Below are positions 41,801 to 51,700 of a stretch of 64,000 bases of DNA, one piece after another (position 1 is the first letter of the stretch; each line of letters begins with the position of its first letter). The translations under genes and the position numbers were made by a program. The DNA comes from Antedon mediterranea (Eukaryota > Animalia > Echinodermata). The stretch lies in assembly GCF_964355755.1 (NCBI RefSeq), contig NC_092674.1:2790001-2854000 (forward strand). Direction: 5' to 3'. The notes under the pieces are model-generated. The model saw nothing but the letters and a program-made list of their open reading frames with translations. It did no database searches and was not told the DNA's origin.

Positions 41801-44800
41801 AGTTACACATTTCTAATATTTGATCTTTTGTCTGCTCAGTAATTTTGTTTAGAAGGACACATCTGTACTTCTTTCGAAACTCCCATAAGACATGTTTTAC
41901 AATCGTGCTTCCGCCAGCACCAGGTAGGTGAAACAGATGAAACCAACGAAATATTGCTTGGTTAAGCACTTTTTTCTGATGTGTTTGGTTAATCATGTTA
42001 TCAATTGCGTCTACTATTCTATTCTTGCCATCACGTTCACACACATGGTCATAGCCCATATCAGTGAACTTAAAATTCCAAAAGGAGAGTTTTTCTCCTC
42101 TGTAAAACTCTAACTCTGTATCTTTGCAGAAAGTATAGAAGTCTGGATTCTCTTCATTCATATCTGTGTTGTCACATTCATTATATGCAACAACAATAAA
42201 GTCCGTCCATTTCGAATCTTTCCATAATTGACATCCTTTGCCATTAACTGTTGGAAGAATGTAACTTGATTTTACATTTACACCTTGCATTTGTAAAATT
42301 ATATCATTCAAGCTTTTCAATGGAAGAACAGCTACTCTATCTTGTATTTCCTCAGGATTGCAGCATTTTTCGACGAGCTTACACCATTCCTTATAAACTC
42401 GGGAACTTTCGCAAATAAAAACCATATTTCTAATCCCAAAGTTTGTGTAAAACTTACGATATGCTTCACTCAGTACTTCAATGTTGTTAGGCAGCAAGAT
42501 AAAAATAACAAGACCTGTATCCTGTTGAATAACACTAATATTAGAAAAGAATTCAATAGCCTTATCCATATATTGGCTGCGTTCCTTAATCCACGTCATT
42601 CTGTCCATGGCATCGTCATCTTCCGTTCCTGTACGCCCGTTACAAAAGATCCATGCTGGAACTTCTCCGTAATTGATGTGAGATGGTGAAGTTACTGTGG
42701 CTAAATCATTTATGTCATAAAGATTTACCTTCTGTTTCAATCTCATTACCTTACATATGCCATTTTTATTTGAATTTTCATCAAAATCAAAGACAGCCTT
42801 CCATTTTACTTTACTAATAAACTCAAAAGTTTCATCAATGTTTTCAATGTCTGTACCAGGTACATTAACTACCAAGATTGCATTATAAACCAAATCAAAT
42901 GTTTTTTTCGATTGTGAGTCTCCAAAAAGCAATTCCCGAACCTTGTATTCGACTTCAGAAGCACATGATACATCGTGATCTGCCTTGGAACGTTTCTTCT
43001 TCCTTTTCTTGCTTGATTTACTTGCTTTACATTTTGGAATATTTTCCACTGCACCAATACTAGGCTGCAGGTCTTGTTTCGTTGATTTAATTAATGTATC
43101 AGTTTTAACAGAATCTGATGATGTAAGGTTTGCAGCTGACTTCTCAAGAATGTTTATCTGTTTGCTTCCTTTATCCTCATTTATCAGTCATATGGCCGAG
43201 CGGTTAAGGCAGGGGCGCCGTTTATCGTACCTAAAGAGCCAACAACAACATCGGCAAGGGTTCGAGGCCGACTCGCTCCTAGTTCTGGTGGTGGAACAAG
43301 TCTTCTCGGATAAGGACTATAAACCGTAGGTCCAGTGTACACAGTTATAACCTGTGTGTACTTTAAAGAACCCAGTTCATTATTCGAAAAAGAGTAGGGG
43401 GTTACCCCGGTGAACTGGTTCACACAATAGCGTCTGTATCAGGGGGATTACCACCTATCTGATAGGACAGTGATTAATTCACTATTGGTAATCCTTGGCC
43501 ACAGTGCCTAAAGACATAAAATAAAATAAAAAATTACACTTTGGAATGTGTATATCCATGCTCTTCTTCACTTGTTTAGGGTTTGTTTTAATATTTTCTA
43601 CTACTTTAGTTTTCTTTAATCCCGTTAAAGGTTCCAGTTTTTCTGAATCAGTTCTATATGTGAGTGTGACAGAATCGTCGGAACTTGTTATCCGTGTGTC
43701 TGAACTCTCCTTAACACATTTAGAACTTACTCCTGTAATTCCAATATCATCCACTCCTTCCTGTTCGATATTTTGAAACGTATGTGAAGATGAGGAAACT
43801 TCAGTTACACCAGGTTCAGGTTGCATTTCTCCGTCATTGAATCCCGTTCTTTCAGATTTCATTGATTTCGTTGCAGCAGTTGCTGAATTGATTTCAGCAT
43901 GTGTATTCACTTCTATAGGCTTTTTAATTTTTGCTGTTGGAGATTTTACATTTGTGTGAAAATCATACAAAATGACATCTGATTCTGAACTTTTCTCTAA
44001 ATATTTAGGCTTTACTTCAAAAGAAGCTGCGTCTAAAAATGTACTGCTTTCTCTGATTTCAGTATCAATGGACATTTTCTGCATATGCAAAACCAGCATA
44101 AGTGGACCAACTGGAAGATTGAAATCTTCTATAAAGTGCTCTTCTCGATATTGCAAAAATTTGAAACCATTCATATCCAAATGTGTAAATTTGTCTGCAT
44201 GTATAGGAGATAACCCTGCTCGTAATAATAATTTAGACACTGTTGTTGCACGACAGTCATCAGTTATAGGTTCCCAATTATCCTTTTGTCCTTCCAACAC
44301 CTCTTTTCTTTTCTTTTCTAGACTGTATTGAATCATGCGCAAGTCAGTCTTCTTAATTTCAAACTCTTTGAATATCTTGTCATGCTTATCTATAAGCAGA
44401 TTCTTTCCAATAAATTCCTGCTCATAAACCTGATTTGCAAGTTCTTTCAAACGAAGGTCCACTGAAAGCCATTCCCTCACCTCATTCCTATCCCACTCAG
44501 TTATTATCTTCTGGCTTTGGCCTTTAAACAAAAATAAAAGTTCACATACTATCTAAAAGTAATTGTTTAATGTTATATATAATGCCAGACTGAGGATACT
44601 ATACTTACCAACTTCTTTTAGTTTTGATAAAACTGCTGAGTACATGTTCTCGTCAATACGCGATGACAAAGTTTTGCAGAAGTGTTCAACTTCACTTTTT
44701 TCGACAAAGATCCTGGCTAGCTCTTGAATGAATTTTCCATTTTTGTGATTTTCCATCAGATTTTCTAAGGCATACGTATCATGAACTGCCACAATAATCT

Positions 44801-45374
44801 CTAACGATCCGGATGCTATACTTCGTAAGGCGAGACCCTTTCTTCGCATCAGAGCTTCAAGTTCAGACAGCTTCTCTAAAAATTCCTGATTAGTTTCTTC
44901 CCTGCATTTACCATCCAAGTTGTCTTCATAATATAAACCAAGGAGTAAAATCGCTCTCTGGACCGATTTCTGTTTACTCTCTCCTTGAACACTTTCATGG
45001 TTACCACGTTGTTCCTGTGTGTTTTCCTCGCTTCTTTTATGGATGTTGACTGTAATATCTATTTGTAACAAAATGAATATGGACACAATACAAAATAAGA
45101 GGTGCCATTTCGTTATATAGATTTGGTATGAAAATAAAACAAATTTAATTAATAATATATAATTTAATAGTTTATAACCCCAAATAAAAGCCAGTAGAAA
45201 TGCAATATGATTGGTCCTACATCTACTGTAAAAAATAATGTTACCAAAACAATTGTTCAAAACAATGTTGTTGTGTCCATCACATTGTATCTTTTCTTCT
45301 GATATGGTAAATTGTTTACCATCCTTAGTAACCACACGTTCTTCAGGTGAACTGCTGATATCTTGATCTGACAT
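38804..45374 (-). pseudogene. SAMD9-like STAND NTPase, copy B, disrupted (SINE insertion plus frameshift)
   Basis: Same 4-exon layout as copy A: 45245-45374, 44609-45058, 39203-44521, 38804-38926. Exon 3 is interrupted by an antisense SINE (about 43187-43533) that supplies a stop at 43482. A 2-bp loss at about 41200 shifts the frame (VDI* versus VNINELG in copy A). All SAMD9 motifs are otherwise retained (KWKAVFDFD, WIFCNGR, HLPGAGGST, FYIGFSWSGPVAY). Confidence 0.82.
43187..43533 (+). mobile_element. Deu/Nin-core-like SINE variant inserted in the coding exon of SAMD9-like copy B
   Basis: TGGCCGAGCGGTTAAG head, GGTTCGAGGCC B box, shared core, TAAAATAAAATAAAAAA tail. It is absent from copy A exon 3. 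A 3'-end fragment of the same family lies at about 53940-54010. Confidence 0.85.
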
Positions 45375-45414
45375 GGTGTTCACACTGATCTAGGCGTAAA
45401 CACACTAGGACCTA

Positions 45415-46386
45415 TAGTCAGGTGGCTTAACAACAAACAAGGCCAACAGCCATTAAGTCGCGTGCTACAATGCATAGTGATACCGGACCGACAGACAGAC
45501 CGACGGACAGACCGACAGACAGACAGACAGACCGACCGACCGACATAGTGAACTATACTGACCGAAATTACTGAACATGTTTAAAAATGTTGAAATGTTT
45601 AAAAACATTTATATTTTTTTAATTTACTTTTGACGTGCTCGTATAACGTAATTTCGAGTTGAAAAGTAAGTCAAGAAAACAGAAATCGGGCAAAAAAAAT
45701 GCGCAATAACATTTAACGCGCAGTGCGCGCGCAAAAATATGCGCACTCATGACAATTTTGTAAATGCTTAAAATTGCCTGAAACGTACTCTTATTTCATC
45801 GAAAATAAATTTTGAAAATTTTAAGCGCGCATACGCATGCGTTACATGCGCTACGCACGTAATTGTAATTGCCCTGAAATTTATGAGTACCAAATTTTAT
45901 TTAATTGTGATTCATGGTTGTGAAGATATGATTACAAACGTGATTTCGTTAAATCGTGCGTAGACCGCGTAATTTTTTATTGCGCACCGTGAAAACATAA
46001 CCACATTGATTCCTGGCCATAAGGAATATACTGTGAAAAATTGACCTAGCTAGATTAAACTGATATCAAGATAAGGTCAGAAAGCGATAAAACGCATAGT
46101 GATACCGGACCGACAGACAGACCGACAGACAGACAGACAGACAGACAGACCGACCAACCGACCGACATAGTGAACTATAGAGTCGCTTCCACGCGACTAA
46201 AAATAAGGAAATCGTTACACGGTGGACAAAAGCGCCAAATTGCATTTTGGCCGCCATCTTGGAAAATCGGAAGCTGCTCGGGTGGCTCCTAGGCAAAAAT
46301 CAATTAGTACGTCTGAAAGAAGCCTCATGCAAAATTTGGTGCTTTTGTCCAACGTGTAACGTTTTAGTCGCTAAGCCACCTGACTA
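45415..46386. mobile_element. Academ-like MITE containing a nested Helentron/HINE-like element (about 45436-46204, minus strand)
   Basis: Outer TIR TAGTCAGGTGGCTTA / TAAGCCACCTGACTA with 3-bp TSD CTA. The inner element reads TTTTTAGTCGCGTG..GCGACTCTA, has (GTCY)n microsatellites and ends CACGCGACTTA plus a GC hairpin plus TTGTT. A short relative lies at 62582-62687. Confidence 0.72.
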
Positions 46387-47379
46387 CTAGTAGTAAACTA
46401 TCATCCAAAATATCCTAAAATTAACCATGTCAACACTGGGTTGGAGAAAGGCTGCAATATTGGACTATATGGATGTGTAATCACAATCAGACAGACTTCT
46501 TCATAATCAGTACTTAATGGTTAGAAACAGGACAACTTCGCCTATAAACCCAGTAGCCTACCGTTATAATTACTCATTCCTGAAAACTACTTCATCATTC
46601 AACATTTTATGTTATGGACCCAGCATATGCTATAACGGGCCTCTGGTTTGTTTGGAGTAAATTAACACGTATAGGATGATATAAAATAAATAAATGAAAT
46701 CTTTAGCAATTTAATAGGTTCAACCTACCGAATTCAGTTCTATAACCATGCCAGTATCATACCTATAGGTAAAGTTAGGGTAATCGTTTCGCCTATATAC
46801 CTCAGTACCCACTGCAAAACATGTATTATAATAATATAATAATATGGTCTATTATTGTTATTGCGCTCCGACCAAGTATCGATTGTCTACACCTATGATA
46901 CGTGTTACATTTGAAATTCCAATTTCTATTATCATCAGTGTACGGTACTAACAAAGTCGGTTGATCAATAATTATTATACAGTCAAAATGTCAATATGAC
47001 CTAAGCAGTAAATAATACAAGCAAAACAGAAAGAGTTTTTATTATTGAGTGGTGCCGGAGCTTTTTCTTTAAACAATTCAATTCATAATACAAAAATCAA
47101 TGTGTTAATATGTAAACAAATGAACAAATCTCTTTTAAAAAGTGTATGTAAACAGATGATGAAAACAAATATAATGTTAATATAATACTATGTATAGTGT
47201 ATTGAAATTAAAATGAAAAATATATGTAAAGAGAACATATGTATGGAAATAAAAGTAGAATGAACCCACATAAGATTAAAAAAAACCAAATTCAATTCAT
47301 GTTGTCCAGATATACAAATGTAAATGGAAGTTTACTCTCATTTTGAGAATAACAACAGTATAAAAAGTAGTAGATCTAT

Positions 47380-47759
47380 GTATCTTGAAAATAGTCTTTT
47401 TTCCAAACCAATAATTAGTAAAAACTAACCTTGACAAATAATAACGATCTATCATCAAACAGACTGACCTCTAGAGGGCCTATTCTGTTTAATGACAGGG
47501 TCATACACGTGACTGAGTTGGTGGGTGCCCTCGTCTCTGTTGATGATTTGGTTTCCTCGTCTGCGGATCCAGATGACCCTGTCATTAAACAGAATAGGCC
47601 CTCTAGAGGTCAGTCTGTTTGATGATAGATCGTCATTATTTCTGAAGAAGCTGTCCGATCAGGACAGCGAAACTGTCAAGGTTAGTTTTTACTAATTATA
47701 TTGGTTTGGAAAAAAGAATATTTTCAAGATACTACAAACCAGATGAACATTTTCAATCA
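47380..47759 (+). mobile_element. Penelope-like element 3' fragment with 5' inverted copy
   Basis: Flanked by the 12-bp direct repeat TAGTAGATCTAT (47368-47379, 47760-47771). Segment 47380-47503 is the inverted copy of 47572-47731. Contains a hammerhead core. Confidence 0.65.
47636..47684 (+). ncRNA. Minimal type-I hammerhead ribozyme motif (Penelope-type)
   Basis: CUGAAGA (47642-47648), stem II GCUGUCC/GGACAGC with GAUCA loop, GAAAC, then UGUC as the cleavage triplet context. Stems I and III are very short. Confidence 0.6.
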
Positions 47760-48760
47760 TAGTAGATCTATACATTCAATCGAATTGAATTTAAGAATTT
47801 CACTATGAATTGTTTAAAAAGGCATCAATATTATTTTAAGACAATGAATGTTAATAATTTTTAAAATAAATGTAAATATACATGCTTTTCTTTGAACAAG
47901 TTTTAAATTTGCATAAATGACAATACATGAGACTAATTTTTGGTATTACTGTATTACATATTTTTGTAAAACTTTTCAAAGAATAAAAAAAACTGTTGTC
48001 ACTCGCCACTGGAAGCGCAGCCTTTTTTAAAAATGGAAAACCCGTAGCTAGAAGCTTTGTAGGCCTACTGTGACAGCATGAATTGTTTTTCTTCTCAAAT
48101 TCATGTGTCCCGTCAACATTCAATTACCGGCGCGGTGCTGTTTTTTTTTAAAAAAAAAGGTCACCGCTCGAAAAGTTAACTTTGCAACAAAAGTATAGAT
48201 ATACACACTATCATTTATTAAAATAATTACTGTTTGATTGATTCCAAGTATAGGCCTATATCGAGGCATTTCTAAAAATTGTTAATGCTAATAAAACAGA
48301 TAATTAAAAAAATATTATTTTTTAATTATATATATTAATTATAATAATTACTGTAGGTCTAAAAATAATAATAATATTAAATAATAATGGAAATTTGAGT
48401 GGTTAGCCTCCATTAATTGCAAAAGTAATTCTCATAGAACATTTTTTGAATGAAATAGTTAAGGGCTAATATCAAAACTAACGGATACATTTAAACAAAT
48501 TAATCAGCCGTGCAACGATACCCATCACCTAGTAGACTATCAAAATAACCAAAGAAAATAATCATCACGATGCCTGTATTAAATTAAATTACACAAAATT
48601 ACTGTATGATAAATTAAATTAAATTACCAGTGAAAAGATTATCTACTTCTAGGCCTACTATTAAAAAAACATAGGCCTGTATTCTGATATTTTAAGTGTT
48701 CAAAGAAAAATTCAGTAAAGCAGTTTTACTGCCTATGTCATCAGGAAAAGAGCTTAGAGT

Positions 48761-51700
48761 CTAGATCTCTTCCATATCTATCTGCTTTTTGAAATCATCT
48801 TCTAATTTTTTCATTTGCTGTTTGAAATCATGTTCTCTTCTCAGCTTTGCTTCCTGAAAATGAGAAAAAGATATCAAAATAGTTTTTCCAATTAGGGCCT
48901 ATGTTCTAAATGAAGAGGCCAAATCTTTGTAAAGAAATGCTACTTATTTGCTACCGTATTCAAAATGAAATCTAGAAGCATGTTGGTAACTGGAAACTAA
49001 TAACGATACAGTTATAAATCACATAAAGATGCTCATTAATAACAAACCTGATTTTGTTCCAGTTTTTTTCCTTGTCTAACCTTCATCTTAAGTGCTTCAA
49101 TTTCAATTACTTTCTTGTTAAGATCCTTGCGTTTCTTATGATATTCATCTACACTTATTTGGTGTACAACTTGCTTCTCTGTTCTTGAAAAAGCAGAGGG
49201 TCTCCATTCATCATGAGTCTGTCTGTATGTCATAGGCTCTGGTAAATGTGATGCTGCCTTTGGTTTTACGTAATATGCCACTGGTCCTCCCCAGCTAAAG
49301 CCAATGTAAAACACAACTTCTTCCCGACTTGCAAATGTTATGTTACTTGATGAAGCAAGTGGAAATTGAATGGATTCATCCATATAATCGTGTTTAAATA
49401 TTATGTTGTTAGTTTCTGATAAGGTACCTTCAACCTTTAACAAATTCTCTTTGACGTAAGCACTATGCCAGACTTGATCCTTTTCCAATCTAATTTGGGA
49501 TGATGATATTTTGGTTTGGTGTACCAGTGCTCTAAGACCCTTTCCATTTCCAAGGAAAAAGTGAACCAATGGCCTTTTACGAATTCGCTGACTTTTCAAA
49601 TGAGGTCCGTAAACTAGATGTCCATCTTCTTGTTTATCCTGTCTCAGTAACAAATTCCAGCGTCGTCGGGTTTCAAGTAGAGATTTCTTCATCAGACTGT
49701 TATCATATTCGTCTGCAGGTTGACCTCGTGGCCAAAGCAGCATAAGCAGATATACTGGTGCAAATAAAGTAAAGCTTCCTTCTTGTCGGTCACATTGATA
49801 AAATTCCTTAGCAAGGTCTATCATTTCTGTGACAGACGGTAAACTGTACTGACTTTTCTTCACATTCGTTATTGTTGATAACGCTAAGTTGGTCTGTATT
49901 ATTATTTTCAAATCGAATGCAGAGTAAGGGTTATTTTCTAACAGTAACTTTCTAATCTCTAACAATTTCTCTGTTTCCATCTCGAACAGCTTTCTGCCAC
50001 TGGTGCCAATAAGCTTTCGCGCTTTTAAACGACGTAGGTCATTTGCTGTTTCTACTGATACCTTGATTTCCTTATCAAGATCAATACAACCAAAATGTGT
50101 GTCCCATGAGCATAAGTAAGAAGCAATTAGCCTTTGTAGCTTGAAAGATTCATCAAGTTTTGTAAAGTTAGACCACTCCTTTTGGTATGTTAAATGATTG
50201 TTCATTGTATCAATAGCCTTGTGAACATTTCTCATCAAACCTTTCATTTTCATATGATGTTCAGCCCATTTGGCTAACACATCTGGTTTATAATCCTTGT
50301 CAACCAAGTAACGCTGTAAAATATTACGACCAGCAGGAGTTTGTTTAAATACATCAAGGCAGGCAAGAACATCTAACATCTTGAATGTAATATCAACTTC
50401 GCCAGAAAAAGTTGACATGCTTTTGTTATCATCAATTTCTTGAGATTTATGAAAAGTATCTATGCCATTAAAAGCTAGTTGCAAAAGTTTACAACTATCA
50501 TCTATGCCAAGTAACTCATTTTTTACAACATATTTGTTATAGAACGCTTTTATCAGTTCGTTTTTATAGATCTGTCCCTTTGTATCCAAAAGAAAAGAGT
50601 TGTTCCCTCTCATGCCAATAGCTATCTCTATATACTCTAACGCTTTGGAGTGATCTTCTATTATCATACTGTAGTACCTTGCAACTTGTTGAGCAATCAT
50701 GGGATCTTGTAGGATATGGAATCCTTCAATAAGCACATAACATGCATATTCCTTGTCAACATCTTTTATTGCCAATATAAGAGCAGAAAAGGGTTGCTTT
50801 ACAAAGGAAAGAAACCCTGTTTGATTTCTCTTTATAAGGAGATCATGTGTTTGTGCAGCAAGATATTTTCGACTATATGATTTTGCAGTGAGTAATTTGG
50901 ACTTCAAAAAATGTGTCACTAAGGAACTCAGAGATACTGAGTTTGCATCTACACGCAGGATAAAATCAGCTACAATTGGATGAACAATCTTTAATCCTTG
51001 TACAGCTCCCAGCTCATTTATGTTAACTGTACTCATCAGAAGAGAACAGCCGTCTGATATATTGTGTTCCCATGGACATTCTCGTCCTTTCTTTACAGAA
51101 AAGGCAAACCCAATGAACTCATCACAGCATGGGATCGGAATAGCGGAATCACGTTCAAACTTGCTGAATAATGAACAAAATCTGACTAATTCAAATTCTT
51201 GTGGATGCTGTTCTTTAAGATCATCAAGAACTCTGCCGACTGTATGCTCTACGTACTCAGATTGAAAGTCTTCCTTCATCACCATAAAAGCAAGAAGACG
51301 ATCCGGCTTAAAATCTTTGTCATCATCACTTTTCATTCTTCTTTCAAGCTGATCATGCTTTGCCTGAAACCATTTTTTTTCTTTGTCACTCAGTGAGTGC
51401 TCTAAAAAGAATGCTTTCTCTTTGTTACCATATTTATCTTCTTTGATATCACCTTTTGACATATATCTTTTACAATTCAAAATTATACACGTACGTCCTG
51501 GAATGTGTTTGGTACTGTATTCTAATGAAACAACCATGGCTGTCAAATCATCATAGAAAATATTATCGCTAACAATAACAAGAGGTAAACAAACTCTTTT
51601 ACCATTGTAATCTCGTTCTCCATAGTTCCACATGTCTAATATTTGTGCTTCGGTCTGATCAGTAATCTTATTTAAAAGAATACATCTGTATCTTTGCCGA

